From Tortispora ganteri (Eukaryota), in contig PPNB01000017.1 in NCBI GenBank assembly GCA_003707115.1, positions 62,001 to 126,000 of the forward strand: a stretch of DNA of 64,000 nucleotides, read 5' to 3'. Positions within the stretch are counted from its first letter, which is position 1; each line of letters starts with the position of its first letter. Below are positions 41,401-51,731 of the stretch, piece by piece. The position numbers and the translations under genes were made by a program. The notes beneath the pieces were generated by a model. That model did no database searches and was not told the DNA's origin. It saw only the letters and a program-made list of their open reading frames with translations.

Positions 41401-42388
41401 ACAGATGACCATTCCGTTAAGTATCGGGCCTATCAGCATGGCGGATACTTTTGTGCTTGTCGGCGATCATTTTCAGTTAACCCCTGTAGTGATTTCAGAG
41501 AAGGCAAGGGAGTTGAACCTTGATGATAGCTTGCTGAAGATTTTATCTGATAGTCACCCTGATGTTCTAAACCGCCTTACACAGCAGTATCGTATGAACG
41601 ACGATATTATGAGTGTTACTAATGCATTGATCTATGATGGAAAACTTGTTTCTGGTTCTAAAGATGTGGCGTTGAGCAGCCTATCTATCCCTCTTCTAGT
41701 TCGGTTACCTGATTTGTGTTCAAAATCAACAGCACATACTGAAACCGAATGTTGGTTAAATTGTGCTATTCTACCTAGTAACAATGTAGTGTTTTTGGAC
41801 ACTGATCTACTGGGGTTCCAAGAAAAAAATGTGCATGATGGTGTTATTAATGATCTAGAAATTTCTATCGTTGATACATTGCTAGATTCTTTCACGGAGC
41901 TTGGTGTACCTGAACAAGAAATTGGCGTCATATCCACTTACAAAGCACAAGTTCATATGTTGAAAGCTGAAATACTCTCCAAAAGACGCCATGTTGAAAT
42001 CATGACAACAGATAGCTTTCAAGGACGTGATAAAAGCTGTATGATAGTATCGCTGGTTCGTTCCAATGGTAGCGGGAGTGTGGGACGGCTCTTACCAGAC
42101 TGGAGAAGGCTCAATGTGGCTCTGACACGAGCGATGAACAAACTAATAGTTGTTGGCTCTCGATCTACCTTGATGAAAGATCAAACCCTTAGTTCTCTTT
42201 TATTGTATTTGGATAAGCGACATTGGATTTACGCTGTCAATTCTAATCATCTGTCGTCGTATACGAGCGCCTTAAAAACAGCGTTAGTTACAATGGAAGA
42301 CAAAGAGAACCAGAGCATGAAAGTGAAGTCATCATTGGAAACTAAATCCACAGTACCACCAGTTGGAATACTGAAAGAAAAAAATTGA
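38447..42388 (+). CDS. DNA2: Dna2 nuclease/helicase
   Basis: Nuclease motifs GHVIHE, GLKGFIDAT, LEIKTG and QLLVY. SF1 helicase motifs GMPGTGKTT, DEAGQ, VGDHFQL, QYRMN, DSFQGRD and RRLNVALTRA. Confidence 0.96.
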   Translation: MSSGKRQAARISSDPQLGSDPPRTPSRKRALSADYSSSPTTRQSETRSPRAGISWALSPPVLRIDASKVSSKRFKPQSSIDVPSHGIDPTARLFAKFNASLPVRAQSDAPTKQANLRRIASYGPDISSDLSSDSINAFTAPHSSIASLLEKVDKNVADNLANQLDDFDDWSDSSTDFFIVDKSQPSAQQSEALTTEPDANVVKLSNPPTQASTAVAEFHDREPMSDDSTDSMDPLDSLDSLDSIGPIDQLPLQCDPAKPVFTVARYQTVNVSESPFLREGVRRTQLILDIKSVTTNKYSKLYLRDGWALTSPPKNAFVNIIGCFDPFSPILTLDDREHSDLLFILDPDRIISGTSLAAYFECNRKAVLESRLRTPFEATLPTLVGHVIHEVIQYALVNENFNPKDLENKADQVLNASLEDAYLTGNDMSEIKEALAEKLKAIPNWKAVLSRSPDSKSNRIVPFDIKDVLAIEEMFVSPVYGLKGFIDATLLVSLLEQEDKETICALEIKTGKRISSSSHKVQLLVYALLLHDRYGTSIQSSILYYCTQQECSLITATQNDVKSLLKSRNSFVRDLQLNRDNIYVLPTQCSSKWCQYCKESQFANIDSVQKGNPTPEPSSSKSFSLSLSLPMVYQQMAHSHSEYIERLAKAIDAEDAELFKKQFGIWTTSSSEKELEGTCISNLVHSIDLSGNIPLLTDQRLIKFRRSPSSLLKLPFFISNIGPGSSVSISVESMALYQIAKATVTEVNEDSITVEVCDGNIFRILKVLQSNEARPARFLQISKSTHQVIPGTFRLDLMESNLLSLSRYNLLKLSFDAYLRQKNLLVNLVTPEFDPIDSNMQLLSDCSDLNEDQLLALNNCLRAKDYALVQGMPGTGKTTMISKLIIELYKRGKSVLICGMTHASIDNILLKLIPLKLEGMLRLGNLERVHDSVKELVKLSRAGLTVDDYKEIYENSKIVASTAHGMTHPIFLKRKFDYVLIDEAGQMTIPLSIGPISMADTFVLVGDHFQLTPVVISEKARELNLDDSLLKILSDSHPDVLNRLTQQYRMNDDIMSVTNALIYDGKLVSGSKDVALSSLSIPLLVRLPDLCSKSTAHTETECWLNCAILPSNNVVFLDTDLLGFQEKNVHDGVINDLEISIVDTLLDSFTELGVPEQEIGVISTYKAQVHMLKAEILSKRRHVEIMTTDSFQGRDKSCMIVSLVRSNGSGSVGRLLPDWRRLNVALTRAMNKLIVVGSRSTLMKDQTLSSLLLYLDKRHWIYAVNSNHLSSYTSALKTALVTMEDKENQSMKVKSSLETKSTVPPVGILKEKN

Positions 42389-42534
42389 TATAAACCTGAA
42401 TCCATGCATTTTCAGTAATGATATTGATTTAATTGTTTTGTAGCAGCTTTTTTTTGGAGGAGGAGGAGGAGATGCTGTGCGTGTATAGCTGCAGAGAAGA
42501 AGTAGATAAAGGCAGTTGGTTCAAAGAACGGCTG

Positions 42535-44191
42535 TCAGGACAGCAAGCTAGCCATTAGCCTAGATTGCTCTTCGCTCTTTTTAGGAGAAACTTTTCCATA
42601 AGTTATAGGTTTTTGAGAAGTTTCCATATATTCTGCGCTCAATGTTGCACGTTCAAGGTCCCAAGCAATACCTTCGATTTCGACAGAGGAATTCGCCGAC
42701 ATAGATATTGACGGCAGTGGGGTGGCAGAAAGAGACGTTGAAGTAGATCTAGGTGCATTAATAAATGCCTTTGTAGTAGAATCCATGACAGCTAAAGAAT
42801 CGTTGTTTAGACAAGATATAACATGATTGATAGTGGCTATTGCGTCATCTTTGTCTACTTGAGACGGATTGGATTCCTGTAAAACTTTCACGGAAGCCGA
42901 TAGAGCAGTAGCCATTTCGGAGTTTCTTTTGGGACGCTTTTCGTTCAACGTGGGAGATAGTCTGGAAGAAGAATTGCTAATTTCTCGGGCGATCTCTTTA
43001 GCGTTCTTTATGCCGCGCTTAACGAACTTGTTCACACCAAGGCGCTCAGAAGTGTCGTGGACATTTTTGGTAAAATTTTTTGCAGCCTCACGGTATATTT
43101 TGTCTTTCACTGAGATAGGAGAATAAGAAGATGAGTGGATGATAGTAGACCGTATACCGATTGCTTCAGAGGTGAGAGTGTGGCAGGACATATCTGGGTC
43201 AGTAGGATAATGCAGCAGGATATTCACTGCTTCTGTGTGAGAGGCATGCAACAAAGAGTCTCTTATGCGATATAGCATTGCGACTATTATGAAATAGACG
43301 AGATCGAATTGCTCACTGTCTCTGCCAAGAAGGAAGATGTAGTCCCATAAGTTAAGTGTGAAGTCAAGAGGAAACTCGCGAGAAAACATCAACCGAATAA
43401 ATTTGATAGCCCATATTTGGGGCTCTATGCCCAGTTCAATGAGATGTTTATCCAGTTCAGGGTCTATAGCGTGTATGTATTGATGCTGGATTCTCTGAGA
43501 TACCGAGACTATTGGAGGAACATCAGACGAGGAAGACGGTGGGAGGTACCAGTGATAGGCATGTTTCATTATTGCAGAGAACAGGGAGTAAGTGTCATGC
43601 TCTATGTATAGTGGGGCAAATAGAGTGTTTAAGAGAGTAGAGGAGTGGTCATTGTCGGTATTGAGGTTCTGGTGCAAGACGTAGAAGGTGTTTGCGAGGA
43701 TCTCGTGCATGCCTTGACGATATCCGACATCCGGGTACTGTTTGGCGTATATATACATTATGCGCAGCAGTGTTTTTATAGTATCAGGCTGCCTGAATAG
43801 TGGCACGTTTGCGGAAGTCCTGTTGAGATCTTGGAGAATGAGAAGTTGGATCTCATGGTCGTCAGAAGTATCATAGGAGGTACCAGTGAGCAGGTAGTTA
43901 TCGACGTCGAGTGACACGTGGTAAGTTTCAGTGTAACCAGAATATTTTGATCTGTTTGATCTGCATAGTTCTACCCATGTAGCGTCATCTAGCGACTTGA
44001 ATACTAAGGCTATTTCCCATAGCAGCGCTCGTGGACAAGAGATAGATGTGGGGTTGAGCTCTAGGTCATTCTGCAACTGTGATATAGAAGTATACCTTCG
44101 TAGAAATAATTCACTTATGAGTTAATTATTTGCATTCAATAGTTACTATATTTTTTTTATTTTTGTATACTTACATATCAAAATTTGGCAT
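42535..44191 (-). CDS. TBC-domain Rab GTPase-activating protein (TBC1D5/Gyp6-like), 2 exons, about 531 aa
   Basis: Catalytic motifs ILQDLNRT and YRQGMHEI, plus IRLMFSREF. Predicted exon 44191-44175 and intron 44174-44114 (GTAAGT...AAG) give in-frame MPNFDIELFLRRY. Confidence 0.85.
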
Positions 44192-44358
44192 TTCTAAACT
44201 AGAAGAGAAATAATAGATTAAGGTGTTTATATCACTAATAAGTAAAAACTTAGTGATTGATATAATAATAGCGTTAAGCAGGAAATTGGGACTAAAGGCT
44301 AACCACCACCGATCTATACACGTTTCATACTTAACTTATTTACTTTTCCAATTGAACA

Positions 44359-45351
44359 ATGAATGACATTGTCACTTTATCTATATGTATTCTCGGCATA
44401 TATACATCATTTTTAATATGGGGAGTATTACAAGAAAGACTCACAACTACGGAATACGGACCTGATGGTCTTGTGTTCCGTGGATCTTTAGTAATGAATA
44501 CTGTTCAGTCCATACTAGCTGCAATAGTCAGTTACATGTACACGCGAAAAACATCTAAAAATCCTCATACAATATCAAATGCTTTGAAAAACTCAAAAAT
44601 TAGAAATAATATGCTTTTCATAGGTTTTACTACTGCAGTATCTGGCCCGATGGGCTATGCAAGTCTTCGATACATTGACTTCTTGACACTGCTCTTGGGA
44701 AAGAGCTGCAAGCTCGTCCCTGTAATGATCGTTCATGTCCTAATATATAATACAAAGTTCCCATTATACAAGTGGGTTCTTGTAATCACTGTCACCGCTG
44801 GTGTTATTGTCTTCTCGCTTTCTCAGCCAGGCGCATCTGCCAAAATTCAAGACAAGGAGGGTTCTTCCATTATCGGACTTCTGATGCTTGCCTTCAACGT
44901 CTTCATGGACGGTGTCACGAATTCCACTCAGGATCAACTTTTTGCAAAGTTTCCTACTCTTTCGGGAAGTGAAATGATGTGTATCGTCAACGTGTTCGCT
45001 ACCGTGTTCACTATTATAGCGCTGCCAATGACAGGCCAACTCTCAGAGTCGCTTGAGTTTATAGCATACTGCCCGTCAATCACCATAGATTTGCTTATGT
45101 ACGGCTTATGCGGTGCTATCGGCCAAATATTTATCTTTTACACACTCTCCAGATATGGCTCTTTGGTGCTCATAACTGTCACACTCACACGAAAAATGTT
45201 CTCAATGTTCCTCAGCGTGGTCCTATTCGGCCACAAATTGACGTTTGGCCAATGGACAGGCGCCATTATGGTATTTGGTAGCATAATGGTAGAGACATAC
45301 TGGAAAGTGCAGAAAGAAAAGTCTAAGCAAAAATCTCCTTTAAAAATATAG
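44359..45351 (+). CDS. HUT1: ER nucleotide-sugar/UAA-family transporter
   Basis: WGVLQER, LLGKSCKLVPVM, DGVTNSTQD, GAIGQIFIF and TLTRKM. Confidence 0.93.
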   Translation: MNDIVTLSICILGIYTSFLIWGVLQERLTTTEYGPDGLVFRGSLVMNTVQSILAAIVSYMYTRKTSKNPHTISNALKNSKIRNNMLFIGFTTAVSGPMGYASLRYIDFLTLLLGKSCKLVPVMIVHVLIYNTKFPLYKWVLVITVTAGVIVFSLSQPGASAKIQDKEGSSIIGLLMLAFNVFMDGVTNSTQDQLFAKFPTLSGSEMMCIVNVFATVFTIIALPMTGQLSESLEFIAYCPSITIDLLMYGLCGAIGQIFIFYTLSRYGSLVLITVTLTRKMFSMFLSVVLFGHKLTFGQWTGAIMVFGSIMVETYWKVQKEKSKQKSPLKI

Positions 45352-45437
45352 ATACATTGGATTCACTTACAGCCCTCTGATTCGGAGTTACCTAATCCTT
45401 TTCATTTTCCATTCAATCTATTCAGATTAGAACTTAC

Positions 45438-47207
45438 TTATTGGAAATCCTCAATGCTAATTTCAACGCATGATACAGCGTACGGAATCTCAAAATTCAA
45501 TACCACTTCAGGATGTAGCACTCCAAAAGATCCAATACGTTTGGGGCTTGAATGCTCATCTTTCTTGAAGTATATGTCTGCGCTTCTGCCTGCGAAATAT
45601 GTAGCATCGTCGGTAGCCTTAATACAGAATCCGCGCTTTTTCTCGTCACATCCAATACGAGGCGCTCTCGAATTCTCCATAATCCTAGTCAATAGTCCTT
45701 GAATGATTTCAAATCCACTTGTCTTGCCCACATATGCCGCCGCAAAGTGGCGCTCGTTTCTGCTTTTGGTTTCCCTAGTCTCGTCCTTGAACGCAACATC
45801 GGCAGCTTCGAATACTCGAATAGGCAGCGAATGATACCTGTTCTCCCTTATGGTCTTAAGTAGACCAGGAAGCAGCGAGGTTCTAACGACCTGATATTCA
45901 AGCGTCTTAGGATTAGCAAGCTGAATGGCAGTCTTACCATCGTCAACTCTCTTCAAGAAAGCAAAGTTTTCATCATGAGAACATAATGTGAGAGGCATAA
46001 CTTCATGCCATCCGGACATGGCAGCTGCACTTCTGAAGATATCGGACACCTTATTGATTAGCAATGGAGCACCTAGTGTGCTCGTCTTATTGGGGAAGGT
46101 CTTCTTCAAGTTGTCGTATCCATATCCAATAGCCAAATCCTCCATAATATCACATGGATGGAGAATATCAGATCTTGTGCAAGGAATTTCAACTGAAACC
46201 ACACCATCTCCTTTGTAGGTAGCCGTGGTAGACATTTTCGATAAGTGAGAGCAAATTTCTTCAGGAGATAGGTTCAAGCCACAACATGAATTCAAGTAAT
46301 CAATACTAGCCTCCATGGTGCGAGGAGCAATTTTTGGACACAAGTGTGATTCACCAGTAGTCTCATCAATAATCTCACATGGCTCTATGACGAAAGGTTC
46401 AGAGCAGTACTGAGAGAACATCGCAACCATCTGATTCATAACGATATCGCATTTCGTTCTGTCGGTAGCTGTAACGTCAATAAGAACATTAGTAGTATTT
46501 AACGTAATTTTGCTGTGGTCTCCGTTTATAATGGGAGGGAGCGAGCAGACAGTTCTGTTGGCGTCGTAGATCACAGGGTAGACTGGCGAATCCTTAATAA
46601 TAGGCAAATATTTTGCGATGTGCTTTACAGTACCATAAAATTCCATAAGTCGTTCACCGTCCATTACCTCATTTTGATTTAATGGCTTGAAAACGATGTC
46701 TTTAGGCGGTAGTGCTTCGTATGTAAAGGGCCCTTGAAGAGAGTCGAGGTCGTGAGTACCAATGGCACCAAGAGTACGGTTTCGGCAAATGTTGGCATGC
46801 AATTTTTCCTGCAGAGAGATAAAAGATTTATAACTTCTTTCAGTAAATTTAACTCCGCGAAGCACTGCAAGTCCAACGAATGGCCGGATCTGCTTAGTCT
46901 CAGGTTTGACGTAGAGTTTATGTCGTGGTTGCGAGAGTCTGTAGTTTGGAACCGTAGCATTACCAAGAAAGATATTCAATGCAAGAGATATACCTTCAAT
47001 GCAGAGCAAATCGTATCTGTTTGCGCCAACTTCTATCTTGAGCTGAGGTCTCTCTTTCACACCGTCGACAACCTGCAGCTCGCCTTCTTCAGTGTCTTCG
47101 TCGAGCTCTATACCGAACTGGAAGCACAGCTCGTCGAACTCGCTGGTGGTGTAAGTACGCCCTAGGGCCTTGTAAAAATCTTCCTTATCAACCGCTATAG
47201 TAGGCAT
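45438..47207 (-). CDS. FRS1: Cytosolic phenylalanyl-tRNA synthetase beta subunit
   Basis: [45 protein letters not shown] and [20 protein letters not shown]. Confidence 0.97.
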   Translation of the reverse strand: MPTIAVDKEDFYKALGRTYTTSEFDELCFQFGIELDEDTEEGELQVVDGVKERPQLKIEVGANRYDLLCIEGISLALNIFLGNATVPNYRLSQPRHKLYVKPETKQIRPFVGLAVLRGVKFTERSYKSFISLQEKLHANICRNRTLGAIGTHDLDSLQGPFTYEALPPKDIVFKPLNQNEVMDGERLMEFYGTVKHIAKYLPIIKDSPVYPVIYDANRTVCSLPPIINGDHSKITLNTTNVLIDVTATDRTKCDIVMNQMVAMFSQYCSEPFVIEPCEIIDETTGESHLCPKIAPRTMEASIDYLNSCCGLNLSPEEICSHLSKMSTTATYKGDGVVSVEIPCTRSDILHPCDIMEDLAIGYGYDNLKKTFPNKTSTLGAPLLINKVSDIFRSAAAMSGWHEVMPLTLCSHDENFAFLKRVDDGKTAIQLANPKTLEYQVVRTSLLPGLLKTIRENRYHSLPIRVFEAADVAFKDETRETKSRNERHFAAAYVGKTSGFEIIQGLLTRIMENSRAPRIGCDEKKRGFCIKATDDATYFAGRSADIYFKKDEHSSPKRIGSFGVLHPEVVLNFEIPYAVSCVEISIEDFQ

Positions 47208-47303
47208 TAAGTGGAAACCGGTATCTTAAAGCGTTAATAATAGGATTTTTATTACTTTTCAGGAGAAATCTGGTTATTCCAGTCGCGGTGCAGAACCCTA
47301 TAA

Positions 47304-47311
47304 CCGGGTAA
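47304..47311 (-). promoter_or_regulatory. Reb1-type site (CCGGGTAA on +) in the FRS1/TPD3 divergent promoter
   Basis: Exact match to the Reb1 consensus; function inferred. Confidence 0.45.
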
Positions 47312-47476
47312 AAAGTGCAGCAAGTTGCTATGCCAACACACAATGGGAAAAAAAACAATAGCCCTCTCTCCACAGAAGGGACAAGGAACTAGGCTCGCCT
47401 GCACGCTCTGCTCCCCCTCCAACGTTACCTTGCCAGAAACTTCATTGATTATAATCTTCTATCATTCACACCAAAA

Positions 47477-49477
47477 ATGGACTCAAATGACGGAGAATCC
47501 GATCAACTTTATCCTTTAGCGGTGCTATTCGACGAGTTGAAACACGATGACGTCACTTTTAGACTCAGTGCAATTCGACACCTCTCTACAATTGCCTTAG
47601 CACTCGGCCCTGAACGAACTCGTTCCGAACTCCTACCTTTCTTGCAAGACTCAATCGACGATGAAGACGAAGTACTTGCCGCATTGGCTGAAGAATTAGG
47701 CGATTTCATCGACTACGTCGGTGGACCCCAGTTTGCACACCTGCTTCTCGGTCCATTAGACGCTCTGGCCGGCATTGAAGAGCCAACAGTACGCGACAAG
47801 GCCACGGCCTCAATAAACAAAATCATCCCCCAGCTGCCTTTGGATGAACTTAAGGAACATGTTATTCCTCTAGTTGAGGAACTATCCACTGCCGAATGGT
47901 TTACCAGCCGAATTTCCGCTACTCATCTTTTTGCTGTCACCTACAGTCTAGTTCCTTCTTCCGAAAAGCCTCACCTTCTTGAGCTTTACGAGACCTTGGC
48001 TCATGATGAAACTCCCATGGTCAGAAGAGCTGCTGCTCTCAAGTTCCCAACTCTTATCGCACAAATGGACGCATCAGACATCATGTCACATGTCCTTCCT
48101 CTGTTCGATGACTACCGCGAAGAGGACCAAGACTCGGTAAGGCTCCTTGCTGTGGATATTCTAGTTGCAGTAGCTAAAGCCACTGGACCAGCGAGCGCGC
48201 AAGAAAAGCTTCTTGATCTTTTGAATTCTTTGTTTGAGGACAAGAGCTGGAGAGTGAGATACATGGTCGCAGACAGGTTTGCAAGTTTAGCCTCTACTAT
48301 GGGTGAAGGCATTATTGATACCATTTTTGTTCCACACTTTATTCAATTTATGAAGGATCAGGAGGCGGAAGTTCGCACAGCGATTGCGAAACAACTGTCC
48401 AGCTTTGCTGTATTGACCTCGAAAGAGGTCGTTATTGACCAGATCATCCCGCCTGTTCGCTTATTGGCCGAAGACAGCGCTCAGCATGTTCGTGCAGCTC
48501 TGGCAAGCGAAATAGGTGGTTTGTCTCCTATACTTGGCAAGGAAGATACTATTGATAAACTTTTGCCCATATTTCTGCAGATGCTGAAAGACGATTTCCC
48601 TGATGTTCGCCTCAATATTATCTGTCGTCTTCAGTCCGTCAATGAGATTATTGGCATCGAATTCCTATCCCAGTCATTATTACCGGCAATAAATGAGCTT
48701 GCCGAAGACAAGCAATGGCGCATTCGCCTTGCCATAATTGAGTACATTCCATTGCTGGCTTTACAACTGGGAACTGATTTTTTCAACGACAAGCTTCAAA
48801 GTTTATGCCTTACATGGTTATGGGATCCTATATATTCAATCAGGGAAGCAGCTTGCATTAACTTGAAAAAACTCACTCAGATTTTTGGTGTTACCTGGGC
48901 GCTACAAACGATCATTCCCAGTGTGGTCAAAGGAGGTACCGACCCCAATTATTTGTATCGCATGACTACTCTGATGGCTATCGCTAATCTAGTTCCAGTG
49001 ATCGATTTTGCAACTGTTAAGAATTACGCGATTCCGTTTGTGCATAACCTTATAGCAGACAGTGTCCCGAATATCAGATTTAATGCGGCCAAGGCTTATA
49101 AGGTCATACTTCAGTTATTGCTCAAAAAAGACCTCGAGGAGTTACTCAAGAAGCCTAACATTCTTGTTTTCGGAATATCTCTGAGATCTGCTGATGGTGC
49201 ATTAACTGAATCCGGTGTCAGCGTTTCCACTTCTCCTCCTGCAGCTATGGCAGCAGTGGCTGATGTTAAAAGTGAACCAAAAGGCGTTTATCCTAGAACA
49301 TTGACAGACGAAGAGTTGTCCAAATCCAATGAACCTACTATTTTGACTGAGACAATCAATGAGAGCGAAGTTTCTGAGTTAGTGCGCAACATAATAGAGC
49401 CTGACTTACAGATACTTGTGAATGACGATGACGTTGACGTTAGGTATTTCGCAGAACAGTCACTCTCGGTTTTATAA
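47477..49477 (+). CDS. TPD3: Protein phosphatase 2A scaffold A subunit (HEAT repeats)
   Basis: LYPLAVLFDELKHDDV, IALALGPERTRSEL, DQDSVRLL, DKSWRVRYM, PNIRFN and DVDVRYFA. Confidence 0.97.
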   Translation: MDSNDGESDQLYPLAVLFDELKHDDVTFRLSAIRHLSTIALALGPERTRSELLPFLQDSIDDEDEVLAALAEELGDFIDYVGGPQFAHLLLGPLDALAGIEEPTVRDKATASINKIIPQLPLDELKEHVIPLVEELSTAEWFTSRISATHLFAVTYSLVPSSEKPHLLELYETLAHDETPMVRRAAALKFPTLIAQMDASDIMSHVLPLFDDYREEDQDSVRLLAVDILVAVAKATGPASAQEKLLDLLNSLFEDKSWRVRYMVADRFASLASTMGEGIIDTIFVPHFIQFMKDQEAEVRTAIAKQLSSFAVLTSKEVVIDQIIPPVRLLAEDSAQHVRAALASEIGGLSPILGKEDTIDKLLPIFLQMLKDDFPDVRLNIICRLQSVNEIIGIEFLSQSLLPAINELAEDKQWRIRLAIIEYIPLLALQLGTDFFNDKLQSLCLTWLWDPIYSIREAACINLKKLTQIFGVTWALQTIIPSVVKGGTDPNYLYRMTTLMAIANLVPVIDFATVKNYAIPFVHNLIADSVPNIRFNAAKAYKVILQLLLKKDLEELLKKPNILVFGISLRSADGALTESGVSVSTSPPAAMAAVADVKSEPKGVYPRTLTDEELSKSNEPTILTETINESEVSELVRNIIEPDLQILVNDDDVDVRYFAEQSLSVL

Positions 49478-49725
49478 GAAGCGGCTCTGGAAGGGCTGTA
49501 TCTGAAGTATAAGCTAAGTTATATACATGTCTAATAATACAAACAAAGACCACTCTGCGCTGGTTTTATATTCTTGTAACTAAGGATGGGTGTAGACTTA
49601 GAATTGATCACGGCACACTAAATGCGTAAAAGCCGTACAATTGCATCTCAAAAACGATTTAGCAGACTATTATACAGAAGAGGCACAATTGAGTGCAAGG
49701 GTAAACGAAAGTGAGTATGAGAGAG

Positions 49726-50775
49726 TTATAATGCAGGGAGATTTAGTTGAGAATGCGAGGTGCCTCTACCCATGGCTTGAGAAGAAAAGGAATCGGAAGA
49801 GGCAGAAGAGAAACAGGGAGGAGCACTTTGAGGAACAGATTTTGAAGCCTTTAATTTACTTAAAGTCTGAGGGCTAATTTGATTTTCGTCGTTAATATCG
49901 GCCTTTTGCTTTAGTAAATTTTCCCAGTCCATTAATTGATATATCAAACTCATGTTAGGACCTATATATGGGGATAAATTCTTAACTTTCGCGTAAGCTT
50001 CTCCTAGAGGGAGTTGTTGAGAGCGCATGACATAAGCGACCACAAGAGACGCGGATCTAGAAACACCGCATTGACAATGGACCAAAATAGACTTGTTCAA
50101 AGTGTCATAATTTCTAAGTGTATCGGTCAAAAAGATCAAGTCTTTCGATATATCTGAGTCATGGTCCCAAGGGAACCAGATGTACTCGGGTGCATTGCGA
50201 TCGGAAGAAAAAAATGGAGGCTCTTGAACTGACTTAGGTGAAGTTGTACAGCCAAAATTGGTAGGCAGTTGAGGAACATCAGGCGACATACATGGAGTAG
50301 GATATTGTTCTGAAGGAGAGACGCTGCTCGAAGATTTGAAAGGATTTGACACTTCTTGCGCGACATTTATTATAACATCGAATTTCGAAGCGATATCGCG
50401 ATCAGGAGTGGAGTAAATATATATATTTGGAGGAACAACACATATGGGACCATCAGGATAACATTGAACATTCTCTGAGGTGTTTATATCAGGTAGTGAA
50501 GAGGGCAGAGCCATATTATCGCGGGGGCTTTGTAAACTATTTGATAATGTGAGATGAGGCAAAGATAATCGACCTCTCATGAGTGATTCAATTGAGGGAG
50601 TCGGTAGAGATTCATGACAAGGAGTGTGGGTGAGATCGATTGTCGAAGTTTGATCATGGGTCAGGTTGCTTAGATTGTTCAATTTCAAAGACAGCTTTTT
50701 AGCATTTCGAACTCGTTTTGATGCAGTTTGCAAAGTATCGGGCAAATCTGACGAAGGTCCGATCGCGTGGTGCAT
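49726..50775 (-). CDS. Dual-specificity MAP kinase phosphatase (Msg5/Pmp1-like)
   Basis: Active site VHCQCGVSRSAS; YPDGPICV, FDVIINVAQEV, WDHD and IGPNMSLIYQL; docking-like RNAKKLSL. First ATG is at 50775. Confidence 0.9.
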   Translation of the reverse strand: MHHAIGPSSDLPDTLQTASKRVRNAKKLSLKLNNLSNLTHDQTSTIDLTHTPCHESLPTPSIESLMRGRLSLPHLTLSNSLQSPRDNMALPSSLPDINTSENVQCYPDGPICVVPPNIYIYSTPDRDIASKFDVIINVAQEVSNPFKSSSSVSPSEQYPTPCMSPDVPQLPTNFGCTTSPKSVQEPPFFSSDRNAPEYIWFPWDHDSDISKDLIFLTDTLRNYDTLNKSILVHCQCGVSRSASLVVAYVMRSQQLPLGEAYAKVKNLSPYIGPNMSLIYQLMDWENLLKQKADINDENQISPQTLSKLKASKSVPQSAPPCFSSASSDSFSSQAMGRGTSHSQLNLPAL

Positions 50776-51731
50776 GATGCTATACACAGGCTGGTAATGA
50801 TAGCCAAATACTATTCTCAAAAACTGTAGCAAAAACCGTGAAAAAACAAAACAAAGGTAATATTTTATGCAGCAAATTTAGCCAAAATAGAGCAGGGTGG
50901 AGAGGTAGGATCGGATAATTGGTGTACTAAGGCAGAAAAGAGGCGTTGGTGAAAGAAGTTAGGAGCAGCACAACTTGCAGGTGAAATAGAAAAATGATAC
51001 CTAAGTGTACGCAAAAAGAGTGAAATAACAGAATGAGTCGATTTAGTTGAATAAGACGAGCTTTATATTAGGAGTAGATACAGGAAAATGGACGAGAATA
51101 ATTGGTGCCTAGCTTTAGCGCATACTTTAAGTCGATAAAAAGCTCAATAGAGTTTTTCTATTGGTAAGGGTCTAGACTTTAAATGTGGGGGCAAGGGGGG
51201 CAGGGTTCTACTGACAAGGCACGACAGTCTAAAAAAATAAGGAGGGACTGCTAAAATTATAGCACAACAATGCAGTTATGTGGTCGATCAAAAAAATAAT
51301 GAAATATGTATTTAATTGGCGAACGTGTTCGACGTAGCTTTTCAGCTATAGTGGTGAGCGGGTGCTTGCTTGTTTTGATTAAAAGTTGGTTAGGGTTGTG
51401 ATATATCTGCGCTCCTTTTTCTTTTTTTGGTTTTGAGTTTTCTCGAACAGTGCAACTGTACCTAGATTGGCATAAGGCAATTCTAAAATGGACATGAGAG
51501 CTTTTCCTTCCCTGTCAAGTGCCAAGACGTTCTAAAAGAACAAATGCCAACTATGTTTTAGTTCGTTACGCCGTTTCCTGTTGCAGAAAGCATGACATGA
51601 ACGAATTAGAATTTCTTTAATTAAAGCCAACATTAAGTGTAATATGTGTATCTGTGATCTCAAGCGTCGCCCGGTATCTGCTCAAATTATCGAACGAGTT
51701 CAAGCAGAAGTATTAATCGTTACTTGGAGTT

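Noticed and set aside
31978..50883. Scattered GGCTAA hexamers (about 31979, 44297, 50878) as XlnR targets
   Set aside because: Short motif expected by chance, and the adjacent genes have no link to pentose metabolism.
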